NCBI GenBank assembly: GCA_963707985.1
Contig: CAVPRW010000041.1
Span: 1 to 64,000 of the forward strand
DNA: 64,000 nt
Direction: 5' to 3'
DNA from: an uncultured Nitrospinota bacterium
Lineage (GTDB): Bacteria; Tectomicrobia; Entotheonellia; J063; CAVPRW01
This document shows positions 10,222 to 21,829 of this stretch, piece after piece. The position numbers were made by a program, and so were the translations under genes. Every line of letters begins with the position of its first letter. The first letter of the stretch is position 1. Below the pieces are notes generated by a model. The model was not told the origin of the DNA and did no database searches. It saw only the letters and a program-made list of their open reading frames with translations.

Positions 10222-10719
10222 ATGCTTGTGGTAGCGGACACCACGCCGCTTAACTATCTGATCCTGATTGGCTACATTGACATTCTTGCCCCCCTGTATG
10301 GCCAGGTGATCATACCACAGGCCGTTGCCGCAGAATTGCGGCATCCGAGGGCGCCTACCCGTGTCCGGGGGTGGGTGGACGCTCTACCGCGGTGGTGTGC
10401 GATACGGCAAGCGCCAGGGAACCCCGATCCTGCCTTAATGTCTCTGGGTGCCGGGGAACGGGAAGCCCTCATGCTGGTGCAAAAATTAAGTGCTGATGCA
10501 CTTCTGACCGATGACCTGGAAGGCCGCGAAGAAGCCATACAACGGGGCATGCAGGTGACGGGAACCCTTGGTATTCTGGAGCGTGCCGCCCTACGGGACT
10601 TGCTCGACCTCCCTACAGCGATTACTCGCCTACAAGCCACCACGTTTTATCCGCCTGCAGAGATCATTGCCGCCATGCTGGCCCGCGATGCCGCCCGGAA
10701 ATCGCACCCCCCCACCTAA
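10222..10719 (+). CDS. PIN-like DUF3368 family protein (putative toxin)
   Basis: VVADTTPLNYL, IPQAVAAEL, LGAGEREA, LLTDD, VTGTLGIL. Confidence 0.85.
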   Translation: MLVVADTTPLNYLILIGYIDILAPLYGQVIIPQAVAAELRHPRAPTRVRGWVDALPRWCAIRQAPGNPDPALMSLGAGEREALMLVQKLSADALLTDDLEGREEAIQRGMQVTGTLGILERAALRDLLDLPTAITRLQATTFYPPAEIIAAMLARDAARKSHPPT

Positions 10720-10737
10720 CCGCCCCATTTCCTCACG

Positions 10738-11028
10738 TCAGAGGAGGTTAGTGTACAGTTCGATAATATGATTCTTGAGTATGGACATTGATTCATCGAA
10801 GCCTTTCAAAATACTTCTTATCTCAGATAAACGAACAAATTTCATTGTATCGGTAAATTCTTTGAGGTTTTCGCTCATGATGATGAAATCATACGTGTTT
10901 TCTTCTTCCTTAGAAATGTCAACAGAAATATATGGTGTTCCTTCATGAATGAAAGAATTTCTATGCTTGTCATGTGTGTTGTAGGGTTTGGGTAAGGTCT
11001 TAAGATATCTACCAAGATAGCTCGGCGG
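10738..11028 (-). pseudogene. AT-rich 5'-truncated gene fragment with HEPN-like RxxxxH motif
   Basis: Hand translation gives a 96-codon stop-free frame ..DKHRNSFIHEGTPYISVDISK..KNHIIELYTNLL*, with no start codon before the motif. Confidence 0.55.
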
Positions 11029-11449
11029 TCATCAGCCTACAGGCTCCGCCACTTGAATCTCCGTTGACTCAGAACCACGTCGACCTTGTCACCCGAGCGC
11101 TGGGCTGATCCGGAACCACAAGAGATGGGTGTGGTATACACAACCCCAGGGCGTATTTCATGGTATCGTCCAAGAGCCCACCCAGGGTGGGTACCTCTGT
11201 GGTTTGTACGGACTGCGTGACGAGTTTCATCACGAGCTAGGCTGGGCGCGACAGTGACGCAGTGCTATCAGGACTTTCCCGGGCAGCTGCCGAGGACTGA
11301 GTGGCTCCCATGAGCCAGGCTCAATCCTACTTGGGCCATTGCAGGATACGCTGGGATGTAAAAATTTCCGCTTTGACGGCATGGGACGTTAGGACCAGCG
11401 GCGCCACCTCGGCGCGCCATGTGTGCAACAGGTGCCGCAGAGGGGCGTA

Positions 11450-12805
11450 TCACGAGCGCGCCTGCAGCAGGTCGATCAGGACAGACACGTGCGTGACGCG
11501 GCGGAAGTCGTGGATGATACGCAAGCTTTCTTCGATCTGCCGCTCACTTAGCTGCGCCGCCGGCACCAGCGTGCGGTATTTGGTATCGACGTCGGCCCAA
11601 TCAATGCCGAGCATGCCTGCCCCCTTCGGCGCATAGACGGTGTTCGAAAAGGTGCGCCCGTCCTTCGTCCGAATGGTCACGGTTGCCCCCTGCCTGTAGC
11701 GCTCGACATTGTCGGTAGGCGGCGCGCCAATGCGGACTTTGTCGAGGAGCTGATGGATGACCGGGTCCTGAATCTTGCCCTCAGTCGCATGCACCCAGGA
11801 GAAGTCGCGATCGGCCACGCCGGCAGCTAGGAAGTAGGCGGGGCTGTGTGCCATATCGATGAGGTCGGTCGGGTGGAGAGGACCGGAAAGTGCCGTGACG
11901 CCTGGCCTCGACAGGGTGATGGTGTCGACGTCATCAGGAGAAATGTTGCCGGCTCTGGCGGCATTGGCGGCGGCCTCGGCGAGCGCGTGGCTGGGATGCC
12001 CGCCAGGCACGAGCTTGATCGCCATGTCGGTGATGATATCCCACTCCTTCCCCAGGTCATATAGTATGCCGACGCCGTCCGCACCACCGTAGACCTCAAA
12101 GAACCCCTGGCGCGTTTCGAGAATGCTCTCTTCCGCGACATACCCCTTCTGTGCGGCGAGTGCGGCCCGTACCCCCAGCATGGCCGCCAGCCCGGCGTGA
12201 TACTCGCGGGCGACACTGGTGTTCGCCGCGGCCGCCAGTCCACCCATCGAGGTCGCGGATAGGGCGATGGCCTGTGCCATGTGCGCGGCGTCAAGCCCCA
12301 GCAACCGGCTGGTCGCGACTGCACCGCCAAAGATGGCGACGAGGCAGCCATGAAAACCCTGGATGCGGAATTTAGGCGTAATCGCCGCGCCAATGCGACC
12401 CGATGCCTCGTAGCCCACAACGATGGCAGCTAACACGTCCTGACCGCTGGCGCCCGTGCGCTCCGCCATGGCAAGTGAGGTTGACACCAGTGTCGTCCCG
12501 GCATGCACGATATTCCGCAGGTCGCTATCGTCGGAGGCTGCGGCATCGCTCATGACGGCGTTAACCTGTGCAGCATCGACCACCGGAAGCTTGGGGCCTG
12601 GGTCGAACCAGATCGAAGCTTCGGGCGTCCCACCGTTCTCTCTAGCCAGGGCACGGATGATCTGGGAGGACACAATCCCCGATCCCAGAGAGGCGCTGGC
12701 AATCGTGCTGGCAATCAGCATCGAGGCATGGTCGACGGCTTGCGACGGAAGGTCGGCGTAGGAGACCTGCGTGAGAAACTCGGCCAACTCGCGTGCAACG
12801 GTCAT
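11450..12805 (-). CDS. MmgE/PrpD family protein
   Basis: ARELAEF, SDDSD..HAG, VVGYE, GFHG, typical length. Confidence 0.88.
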   Translation of the reverse strand: MTVARELAEFLTQVSYADLPSQAVDHASMLIASTIASASLGSGIVSSQIIRALARENGGTPEASIWFDPGPKLPVVDAAQVNAVMSDAAASDDSDLRNIVHAGTTLVSTSLAMAERTGASGQDVLAAIVVGYEASGRIGAAITPKFRIQGFHGCLVAIFGGAVATSRLLGLDAAHMAQAIALSATSMGGLAAAANTSVAREYHAGLAAMLGVRAALAAQKGYVAEESILETRQGFFEVYGGADGVGILYDLGKEWDIITDMAIKLVPGGHPSHALAEAAANAARAGNISPDDVDTITLSRPGVTALSGPLHPTDLIDMAHSPAYFLAAGVADRDFSWVHATEGKIQDPVIHQLLDKVRIGAPPTDNVERYRQGATVTIRTKDGRTFSNTVYAPKGAGMLGIDWADVDTKYRTLVPAAQLSERQIEESLRIIHDFRRVTHVSVLIDLLQARS

Positions 12806-12934
12806 GGCAAACTCCTTCCTACACTACTCAAGTGGCGTGACCCTCATCATCCAGGCCGGCGCATGGTCACGGCCTCGACCTCGTTCACGCTCGCCCGGCG
12901 GTCGCCTCAGGAAGAGCTCTGCTTCCAGATGGTG

Positions 12935-14418
12935 TCAACACCAGGGCTTGTCTGCTGCGGCGTTACGCCCCGCGATGCGGCCGAAAGCCAAACATTCTCC
13001 AATGTTTCCGGTGCCCTGGTACATGTAGCTGTAAATTGATCCGAGCTCACCAGCACTGTAGAGCCGAGGTATCGGGCTGCCATCAGGCCTTACGATCTGG
13101 CTCCTGGTATTGCGTCTGGGGCCCCCCTGTGTATTGAGCATCGAGGGCGAGAGCTCAAGCGCATAGAAGGGTGCGGACTGGATGGGGCAGAGCATCTTGG
13201 TTCTGCCGAACTCGACATCCACTCCCGCCTGGCAGTGTGCATTCCAGCGGCTGACGGTCTCCTGCAGCACGGTCGGGGACAGTCCCAGATGCTGCGCCAG
13301 GGCGGTGATCGTCTCGGCTTGCTTGATCCAGCCCTTTGCCAACTCGGCTCTATTGTCGTCGCTCCAGTCATAGCGCTCGACGAGTGGGTTCCATCCCGAG
13401 CGCGGCTCTTTCTCGTAGAGTGGACCCGAGGCGAACATGGTGTGATCGAAAATCATGAACATCGGACATGGTATGGAGAGAGGGGTCCAGCGCCCAGCGA
13501 TTTTGACCTTCCCGTGCGAGGTTTTGTACTTTTCGTCCGCAAAGCGTTTTCCGTCCGGTCCCACGACGATCATGCCGCCAGGCGGCTGTTTGGCGAAGTG
13601 CAGCGCCACCATCGAAAAGGTGGTCCGGAAGTCGGGGACCTTGAGCGCCATCGATGGGCCGGCGAAGTTATTCATGTGCCACAGGTCGGCGCCAACGGCC
13701 ATGGCCATGGTGATGCCGTCCCCTTCGTTATACGGCGATCCCGAGGTATAGCAGTACGGCAGGCCCGGCAGATAGTTCCTGATCATCTCCTGGTTGTTCT
13801 CGAAGCCCCCGCAGGTCAAGACGACTGCTCTGCGAGCCTGCGATGTAGCAGGGTTTGCCGTCCCGTTCCGCCCTGACACCGAGGATTTCTTTCGTCACAC
13901 CATCCTGGATAAGCTCTTTCCCAGGGGACTTCATACAGAATCTCAATGTCTCTCGCCCTGACCGCACGCGCTAGCATCTCCCAGGTGTTCGAATACCCCA
14001 CGACAGGTCCGTGGTGGAATTTGTGTACACAATCCGCTCCAGGGAGATCGGGAAACTCGATACCCACGGGCTGATGCTGATGCTCCTGAGGGTCGCCACC
14101 GATGCTCTCGACCCAGGCATTATTCTCGCCCATTTCCTCGGCCCACACCCGCACCATGGGGTCTGGAACACGGTAGGGTCCGCAGAGCGCGTGAAGATAT
14201 GTGATGGCCTTGTCGACCGATGAGGTGTTGAGATAACCCTGGCCTGCCACGCGTGTGTTGCCGCCTTCGTGCCCCTGGGGCGCCTTGTCCAGCAGGATCA
14301 CCTGCGCGCCTGCATCGTACGCCGTGATGGCCGCCGCGGCGCCCGCGGCCCCGAAGCCAACCACTACCACATCCGCCTGTCTGTCCCATGTCGCCGGAAG
14401 CCAAGGCTGTCCTGCCAT
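12935..14418 (-). CDS. FAD-dependent oxidoreductase (fumarate reductase / 3-oxosteroid dehydrogenase flavoprotein family), split by two frameshifts
   Basis: DVVVVGFGAAG in ORF 13816..14574, middle KELIQDGVTKEILGV in 13728..13967, VVLTCGGFE..NTQGG..IPRLYSAGE in 12935..13879; shifts near 13925 and 13840. Confidence 0.8.
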
Positions 14419-14497
14419 GTCTCCTCCCCCAAACGTGCTTGTTTGCTGTGTGCTTTTGATACCATTCGCGAGCATGAAATCAAGGCCTTGCGCGGAA

Positions 14498-14752
14498 TCA
14501 TTCCAGTCGATACACGCGTCGCGCCGTACCGCTGAACAAGGCCAGCTTCTCCTCGGCAGACGCGCTTGCTGCAATGCGCTTAAACGCGTTCCACAGCACT
14601 GCCCAGCTAATCCCCATCTTTTCCACGGGGAAATTGCTCTCGAACATACAACGGTCTGCCCCGAACCGTTCGATGCAGGTCTCCATGTAGGGGCGCCAGT
14701 AGGCCGCTAAGTGTGCTGCTGCGATGCGCTCATGTGGCTGTATCCCTTGCAA
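14498..14752 (-). pseudogene. C-terminal fragment of an amidohydrolase_2 family gene
   Basis: WRPYMETCIERFGADRCMFESNFPVEK..LFSGTARRVYRL; the N-terminal three quarters are absent. Confidence 0.75.
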
Positions 14753-14768
14753 GACTCAACTGCCCTGG

Positions 14769-15179
14769 TCACGGGGCTTGGATGAACTCCACCCAATTGC
14801 CATCAGGGTCCTCAACCATGCCGATCACCACCCCCGGACGCACCTCTGTCCGAGGCCGCACGATCTTCCGACCGGAGGCTTGCACCGCGCTCAGGACTTC
14901 ATCCAGGTTATGGATGGTCATCGTCCAGTAGCGGTACCCGGTGCCACCCTGGATGCCGCCCGGAGCGGCAGGCACCCCTGGGTCCTTGACCGGGACCACG
15001 AGCTTGATCAGACTCTTGCCAAACCACAGGCGGTGCATGACCTTGATGCCCACGTGCTCCATGGCGATGTCGCCTTCATGCTCGAAGCCGAGCACATCGC
15101 GATAGAAGGCCAGCATGGCCTCGCCATTCGTGGTGACGATACCGAGATCGATCGCGTCCTTCGCGACTTTGACTCCCAT
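14769..15179 (-). CDS. VOC / glyoxalase family protein
   Basis: DLGIV..AFYRDVLG, EDPDGNWVEF. Confidence 0.88.
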   Translation of the reverse strand: MGVKVAKDAIDLGIVTTNGEAMLAFYRDVLGFEHEGDIAMEHVGIKVMHRLWFGKSLIKLVVPVKDPGVPAAPGGIQGGTGYRYWTMTIHNLDEVLSAVQASGRKIVRPRTEVRPGVVIGMVEDPDGNWVEFIQAP

Positions 15180-15393
15180 GGGGACCTTCTCCTATCGGTC
15201 AGGCAATCCACCGCCTGTAACGGTGCGTGTGCGCCTGTCGTTGATAAGGCAACGTGGTAGAGCCCGCATCTGCTGCTCCGCCATTTTCCTATGAGAATAC
15301 TGGAGTGCGGGAGCGCTCCAGCTGCCAGCAACCATGGTGCAGATCTTCCCGGGGGGAAGAGCCGATACAACTGCCGAGCCGGTTGACCGCTCT

Positions 15394-15422
15394 GCTATAG
15401 CCCATGCCTGCCACGTTGTCAA
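15394..15422 (-). promoter_or_regulatory. Putative sigma70 promoter upstream of the VOC gene
   Basis: Minus strand TTGACA-17 bp-TATAGC. Confidence 0.5.
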
Positions 15423-15570
15423 GCGCGGAGTACGACCTTAACTTTTTGAGCTTTATGGCAGCTCATCACCGCCGATGGAACGGAAGTATGCCCCGGCACC
15501 AGTCTCGTCCTGGGCGCCCGCGTCGCGACGGACGCCGACGGAAGACCCACGCAGCTACGGGGCCCATCGG

Positions 15571-16638
15571 TTAGCGCTTGTAAGCGACGGCGAGGTAGTG
15601 CGCGCCCTGCGGCATATGCCTCACAAAATGCCGCTCGATGGCGGTAAAACCGGCGTCCGTGAGCATCTGGTGTTGCTCGTGCCAGGTGGGATGGACAGTC
15701 CCCCAGCTCATCTCGCGATACTGATTGTTGACCCCGGACCAGAAGAGTGGCTGACGAAATTCTTCCAGGGTATCAGGATACGCAAAGTCCAGGTTCAGGA
15801 AGACCCCAGGCTGTTTCAAGGCGCGGTAACAGGCACGGAAGAGCGCCGCGCGCACCTCCACAGGAATCTCGTGAAAGACGCGCGTGATCAGGACCCCGTC
15901 AAAGACTTCCGTATAGGGCATCTCCTCGGCCGGTGTGCGCTCCACGTGGATGCGATCGTCAAAGCCGCGCGCATGGATCAGGCGTCGCGCGGTTTCTAAC
16001 CCACCAACTTCGACGACATCAAGTCCCACAAAGGTGGCGGTGGGGTAGTACTCGGCCAGTTGCAGCAACATGAGCCCAGGACCACACCCCACATCGAGGA
16101 CTCGGCCACCATTGTGCAATGCCTCGTCCAGGGCGGGCACACGGGACTGCATCTCCTCGATCCACAATCGCCGTTGCAGGGCTTCCTGGTTCGGTGGCGG
16201 ATCAAGGCGTGTAGGGTTTGTGCCATAGGCCTCGGCATGCGACCCCACGGCGCCACTCTTCAAATAGTCCGCCTGCTTCGCCAGACGCGGTCCGGCCTCC
16301 CGGACGGCACTGAGGAACAACACGGCCTGGCTATCAGGATGCGCACGTCCAGCCAGGAGGCTGTCCACATGTGGGGCCATGACGTATCGTCCATGGTCGG
16401 CGTCCAAGAGGTGATACCGATAAGCGCTGGCGCACCAGATCGCCACGTAGGGGGCATGGCAGGCGGTGCGCTGGGCCAACTCCTGAGCGGTCAGCCCCTG
16501 CGGATGTGCGGCCAATTGATCGAAAAAGCCGGTCTGTACCCCGGTCGCGATGACATACACGGCTTGGAACCCATCCCGCCACTCTTGCAGCCTCTCGGCT
16601 TGTTGGTGCAAACTAATGGTCTCGGAATTCGCCATCAT
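15571..16638 (-). CDS. Class I SAM-dependent methyltransferase with N-terminal winged-helix-like domain
   Basis: GLTAQELAQRT N-domain; VLDVGCGPG; VFHEI. Confidence 0.85.
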   Translation of the reverse strand: MMANSETISLHQQAERLQEWRDGFQAVYVIATGVQTGFFDQLAAHPQGLTAQELAQRTACHAPYVAIWCASAYRYHLLDADHGRYVMAPHVDSLLAGRAHPDSQAVLFLSAVREAGPRLAKQADYLKSGAVGSHAEAYGTNPTRLDPPPNQEALQRRLWIEEMQSRVPALDEALHNGGRVLDVGCGPGLMLLQLAEYYPTATFVGLDVVEVGGLETARRLIHARGFDDRIHVERTPAEEMPYTEVFDGVLITRVFHEIPVEVRAALFRACYRALKQPGVFLNLDFAYPDTLEEFRQPLFWSGVNNQYREMSWGTVHPTWHEQHQMLTDAGFTAIERHFVRHMPQGAHYLAVAYKR

Positions 16639-17127
16639 CCCTCTCCCTGTCCAGAATGCTGCTTCGTCGCTCGTCAGCCCACGGTCTGCTCTCCTGCGCC
16701 CTATCATAGCATGTTAGCGGATACGTGGCGTGAAGCAGTCTGCTATGCACTGGATAGCTGCCGGGTTACCCGGAATCGCGGCAGCTCGGAGGCCGATGTC
16801 ACAGGGCTTGACCCGCCGATGCCGACGCCCACGTGTTCCTTGGTGAGAGGCATCTGCATCAGCTAACGGGAGAGTGTTCCACCGCCAGATGCCTCAGGAG
16901 GTGAGAACCTGCATGAGACGGCGCTCACGCAATCGATCGGCTGTCTGCGAAGCTTGTAGCTTTGGGCAAACAGGTTGATACCCTCGACCTTCCCGAAAAT
17001 ACCAGCCTGATGCGATACGGAGTGACGGGCTACGCCGTGCCCGATCGGGTTGACGTACTAGGTTACAATGTTTGCAGAGAGTCGTGATCAATCACCCCGG
17101 ATACTGCGGGCAAAGAGGTACCATGCA

Positions 17128-17523
17128 ATGATGCGGTTGTCCACGTGGGGTTACTGGGGGCTCCTGGTCTTGGTCCTGACATCCTGCGCCAGCCCTCAAA
17201 CGCATGTTCTACGGGCAGCGCTGAATCATCAGACTCAAGCCGTCGTCGCCCAACATCTGGGGCAGCCCGATGCGGTATGGCCGTTAGCGGATGGTGAGAC
17301 ATTATGGAGCTATGGTGCCGACCAACGCCTCTGGGCGTATTGGCACGATGGAAATGCGAACGGCAGCCCAGCCGGGCTCACAGTGGAAGGTCCCGGCCTG
17401 ACGCTGTTGCCGAGTGCACCTTGCACTGAATATGTGTTACGGTTTGATCGGGACCAGATATTACGAGCCTGGCGTCGCCAGCCTTGCCAGGGGTTTCGGC
17501 CTGGCCCCGTCTCGCACCCATAG
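17128..17523 (+). CDS. Hypothetical lipoprotein
   Basis: Hydrophobic leader ending in lipobox LTSC; LGQPD..ETLWSY..CTEYVLRFD. Confidence 0.6.
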   Translation: MMRLSTWGYWGLLVLVLTSCASPQTHVLRAALNHQTQAVVAQHLGQPDAVWPLADGETLWSYGADQRLWAYWHDGNANGSPAGLTVEGPGLTLLPSAPCTEYVLRFDRDQILRAWRRQPCQGFRPGPVSHP

Positions 17524-17596
17524 CCAACCCTCTCCCCCGGAACACGAGGGAGAGCCTTCCTCGCGACCCTCGCCCGATGCGCTCTCCACCCCTACG

Positions 17597-18379
17597 TCAT
17601 TTCCCCGCATCGACGGCGGCCTGGCGCACGGTCTTCAGATACACGTCAGTACTTTGCTGGATCAGGCGACCCACGTTGCTATGGAAATACTGTACCCCAA
17701 GGCCTAAAAACTTGGGAATGAGATTGTCGGGGCAGCTGCACCCGGCAATGCGGCCAGCCTCAGTGATTGTCTTGACGCCGCGCTCCATCAGCTGCTGCAC
17801 TTCCGGGTGCGTTTGTTGGCCGGTGTAGCCCATCGACTGAGACAGGTCGCCAGAGCCGATGAAATATACATCCACTCCCGGCACGGTGACCAGCTCCGGC
17901 AGGTTCTCGATGGCTTCCACCTCTTCCAGCATCAAGCACACCAGGGTCTGGCGGTTGGCTTCTTTGGCGTAGTCCCCAGTGGTGCCCCGGAAGCCGTAGT
18001 TGGCCGGGCGGCCGCCGCTAAAAATGCCTCGATGACCTTCCGGACCGTACTTCACGGCGTCCACGGCAGCGCGGGCTTCCTCCGCCGTGTTGACGTGGGG
18101 TACCTGTACGCCCCACGCGCCCCGATCCAGGAACGGCGCGATGATCTCCGGCTTGTTCCCCACGGGGCGCACAATCGGCGCCATGCCGCTGAGCTCGGCA
18201 GCGGCGATGCAACTCTCGGCGGTGTCCACCGTGATGGAGCCATGCTCGTTGTCCAGCAGGATCCAATCGAACCCCAGGTGACCCAGCATCTCTACCACCG
18301 TAGGCGATGGGAAGGTGCACATGACGCCGAAGGCCGCTTTCCCAGCATACAGCCGTTGCTTCAGGGTATTCTCGCGCAT
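17597..18379 (-). CDS. HpcH/HpaI aldolase family protein
   Basis: GFDWILLDNEHG, LDRGAWGVQVPHV, FIGSGDLS. Confidence 0.9.
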   Translation of the reverse strand: MRENTLKQRLYAGKAAFGVMCTFPSPTVVEMLGHLGFDWILLDNEHGSITVDTAESCIAAAELSGMAPIVRPVGNKPEIIAPFLDRGAWGVQVPHVNTAEEARAAVDAVKYGPEGHRGIFSGGRPANYGFRGTTGDYAKEANRQTLVCLMLEEVEAIENLPELVTVPGVDVYFIGSGDLSQSMGYTGQQTHPEVQQLMERGVKTITEAGRIAGCSCPDNLIPKFLGLGVQYFHSNVGRLIQQSTDVYLKTVRQAAVDAGK

Positions 18380-18718
18380 GATCACTCACTCTCCTCATTC
18401 ACACTGGTTGTCCCCAGCTGTCTCCCGCACGCCAACCCTCTCCACCCAAGAGAGGCAGTCGGTCTCTGTCCTCTGCCACTTGAAAGCTGTACCGCCCCCA
18501 TCACTCTCAATGTCATATCCACTTCGCTCATAACGGGTAGGCCGGATATCCCGACTTCAGAATGATATAGCGACATGATTCCCCGCACAAGCTCGCCCTC
18601 GCCCTTCACAAGACGGCGTGTGGCCGAGGCCAGGTCGGCGAGCATGATACGTGGGGCGTGGCCAATACGCAACTGGAAAGGCTTGGAAGGTGGCCATGCA
18701 ACGGCTCCTTGTCTATGC

Positions 18719-19468
18719 TTATTGCGCGATGAAGCCGCCGTCGATGACCAGTTCGGTGCCGGTGATGAAAGACGCTTCGTCGGAGGCCAGGAACAGCACG
18801 CCGTAGGCCACTTCGATCGGCTTGCCGGTACGCCGCAGCGGCGTCCAGTCGATGAGGCGTTGCATATCAGCAGCCTCCCGCGGGCGGGCCGAGCGCATGG
18901 GTGGCATGAAACCGGGGTGCACCGAGTTGGCGCGAATGCCGTCCGGTCCGTACTTCACCGCTGTCGCCTTGGTGAAAATCCGCACTGCGCCCTTGGAGGC
19001 GTGATAGGCGGGATGGCCGGATTCCCCACCGACGAAGCCCATGATCGATGAAATGTTCACGATCGATCCCCCGCCGGCCTGTCGCATGGCCGGAATGGCG
19101 TATTTAGTGCCGAGAAAGACGCCTGTGGTGTTGACCTCCATGATGCGGCGCCACCCTTCGGTATCCATCGGATCCACCTCCGAGGTACTACTCAGGCCAG
19201 CGTTGTTGACCAGAATATCCAGCTTTCCGAAGCGTGAGATCGTTGCCTCGACCAGGCGTTTCCAGTCAGTCTCGTTGGTCACATCGGTGCGCCTATACAA
19301 GGCTTCGGCCCCCGTCTGATTGATCTCGGCCTCGAGTTTCTTGCCCTCGTCCTCAAGGACATCCGCGATGACGACTTTCGCCCCTTCGCGACCGAACAGT
19401 TGGGCCTCTTCCGCACCCATTCCATGAGCCCCACCCGTGATGATGGCCACTTTTCCGGGTAAACGCAT
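18719..19468 (-). CDS. Short-chain dehydrogenase/reductase
   Basis: TGGAHGMG, NNAG, YHASK. Confidence 0.92.
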   Translation of the reverse strand: MRLPGKVAIITGGAHGMGAEEAQLFGREGAKVVIADVLEDEGKKLEAEINQTGAEALYRRTDVTNETDWKRLVEATISRFGKLDILVNNAGLSSTSEVDPMDTEGWRRIMEVNTTGVFLGTKYAIPAMRQAGGGSIVNISSIMGFVGGESGHPAYHASKGAVRIFTKATAVKYGPDGIRANSVHPGFMPPMRSARPREAADMQRLIDWTPLRRTGKPIEVAYGVLFLASDEASFITGTELVIDGGFIAQ

Positions 19469-19673
19469 AATGCCTCCTGGAGTGAAGGTGTAGTGGTGAG
19501 TGAACGCTGACGGCGCTATTGTGCAACAGGGGGGAGTCATTGTCTAGGGGAAGAGGCAAAAGGGAACGCCCACGGCATCCATAGAGGTGCTATAATGCGT
19601 TAGACACGCTTGGCTCGGATGCGGGAGGGGTGACCGCGCAGCAGCCCTCTCAGGTCATTGGAAAGGATCGATC

Positions 19674-20720
19674 ATGCAATTTGGTCTCTTCTATGAAGCG
19701 CCTGAAGATTCCCGCTTTACCCACGCCGAGCGCTATGCCGAGATGCTGGACTTGATGGCCTATGGCGAGACCCTCGGCTTCGACGTCGTGTGGATGGCTG
19801 AGATACATTTCGGTGGCGCCTTTTCCCTGGTGTCGGTGCCGCTCATGGTCGTGCCGGTGATCGCCCAGCGCACGCGGCGCATTCGCATCGGCACGGCGGT
19901 GACGTTGTTGCCGCTGCACCATCCGTTGAGTCTTGCCGAGCAGGCTGCCACGGCTGATCTTCTTTCCGGTGGGCGTCTCGAATTCGGGGTCGGGCGCGGT
20001 TCCATTCCCACACACTTTCACGGGTTCGGCGTGCCGCTCGAAGAAAACCGCGCCCGCTTTGACGAGGCGCTGGAAATCATCCATTTGGCTTGGACCCAGG
20101 AGCGCTTCAGCTACCAGGGACGGTTCTACCAGGTCGAAAACCTCTCCGTCGTGCCAAAACCGTTGCAGCAGCCGCATCCACCGATCCGCGTTGGCGTGCA
20201 CACGGCCGAGAGCTTTGCGCACCTGGGCGATCTCGGTCTACCGATATACTCCGGCACCACGACGACACCCATGCCGCAGTTGCGCGATGGTATGGCGCTA
20301 TATCGCACCCACTTGAACGCTGCCGGCCATACCTGGCAGAGCAATCAGGCCGCGCTGATGATGCCGATGCATGTTGCCTCCACCTCTGGCGCCGCGCATG
20401 AGGCCATGCGCCCGGGCGTTGAAAAGTTTTACCGCAATATGCTCAGTATGCTCTCCTATCTGCCCGAGAGCTATACAGGCCAGCAGGAACGGCTGAGCAA
20501 CTTGCGCAAGATGCTAGAGAACTTTCCCTTCGAGCGCTTTAGTCAGCAGCAGGGGGTGTTCGGCGATCCCCAGGAATGCATCGACCGCCTGCAAGCGGCG
20601 CGTGATGAGTTCGATCTGTGCCAACTGATCTGCTGGTTCGACCAGGGATGTATGCTGTCGATCGAGGACGTGAAACAGGTGATGGCCCGATTCGCCGATG
20701 AGGTCATGCCAAAGGTGTAA
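19674..20720 (+). CDS. LLM-class (luciferase-like) flavin-dependent oxidoreductase
   Basis: [47 protein letters not shown]. Confidence 0.9.
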   Translation: MQFGLFYEAPEDSRFTHAERYAEMLDLMAYGETLGFDVVWMAEIHFGGAFSLVSVPLMVVPVIAQRTRRIRIGTAVTLLPLHHPLSLAEQAATADLLSGGRLEFGVGRGSIPTHFHGFGVPLEENRARFDEALEIIHLAWTQERFSYQGRFYQVENLSVVPKPLQQPHPPIRVGVHTAESFAHLGDLGLPIYSGTTTTPMPQLRDGMALYRTHLNAAGHTWQSNQAALMMPMHVASTSGAAHEAMRPGVEKFYRNMLSMLSYLPESYTGQQERLSNLRKMLENFPFERFSQQQGVFGDPQECIDRLQAARDEFDLCQLICWFDQGCMLSIEDVKQVMARFADEVMPKV

Positions 20721-20878
20721 GCTATGTCGAGAAAAATCCTTGTCTCATCACAGAGGCGAAGGCCGTGCCAATCTCAGCGGAGTCTCGGATCGAGATGAGC
20801 GGCGACAGTCTTACCTCAGACGACAACTGTACCACGGCAGCAAAGACCGTGAAGCGCACACCCTGGTGGCTGGCAGGC

Positions 20879-21829
20879 ATGGATAACAACGGGGCTGGTC
20901 CCATCCCATACATTACCTTCAGCCGGGAAGAATGGGCGCAACGTCGGGCCGATACCCCATTGACGCTCTCCGAGGCCGACCTCGCGCAGTTGCGTGGCAT
21001 CAATGAACGGGTCTCCCTGGATGAAGTGGTGGAGATTTACCTCCCCCTCTCGCGGCTGCTGAATCTCTATGTCGCCGCCACCCAGGAGCTGTATCGCGCC
21101 ACGGCCACGTTTCTGGGCAATCATGATCCTAAGGTCCCCTACGTCATTGGGATGGCTGGCAGCGTCGCCGTCGGCAAAAGCACCACCGCCCGTATCCTGC
21201 AGTCGCTGCTGGCACGCTGGCCGAATCACCCCAGGGTCGATCTCGTCACCACCGATGGCTTCCTGCATCCCAATCAGGTGCTTCAGAGCCGCGGCCTGAT
21301 GCAGCGCAAGGGGTTTCCCGAGAGCTATGATTTGAGGAGTCTGATTCAGTTCGTCTCCGATGTGAAGGCGGGCTTGCCCAAGGTGCAGGCACCAGTATAC
21401 TCCCATCTACGCTATGACATCATTCCAGGCAAGTTCCAGGTGGTCGATCAACCGCACATCATGATCGTCGAAGGCTTGAATGTGTTGCAGCCGGGGGAGA
21501 GTCTGCCAGGCCAGAAGCCGCGAGTCTTCGTCTCGGACTTCTTCGACTTTACGATCTATGTCGATGCCAAGGTGGAAGACGTTCGGACCTGGTACATCGA
21601 GCGCTTCCTCACCCTACGTGACACCGCCTTCCGCAATCCCGCCTCATTTTTTCACCGCTATTCCAGCCTCTCCGATGCCCAGGCACGCGATCGCGCCAGC
21701 ACGATCTGGCGTGAAATCAACGAGATGAACCTGGTCGAGAATATCCTGCCGACGCGTGAGCGTGCCCACCTGATCCTGGAAAAAGGGCACGATCACGTGG
21801 TGCAGCGCGTCAAGCTGCGAAAGTTATGA
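20879..21829 (+). CDS. coaA: Type I pantothenate kinase
   Basis: [33 protein letters not shown]. Confidence 0.95.
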   Translation: MDNNGAGPIPYITFSREEWAQRRADTPLTLSEADLAQLRGINERVSLDEVVEIYLPLSRLLNLYVAATQELYRATATFLGNHDPKVPYVIGMAGSVAVGKSTTARILQSLLARWPNHPRVDLVTTDGFLHPNQVLQSRGLMQRKGFPESYDLRSLIQFVSDVKAGLPKVQAPVYSHLRYDIIPGKFQVVDQPHIMIVEGLNVLQPGESLPGQKPRVFVSDFFDFTIYVDAKVEDVRTWYIERFLTLRDTAFRNPASFFHRYSSLSDAQARDRASTIWREINEMNLVENILPTRERAHLILEKGHDHVVQRVKLRKL

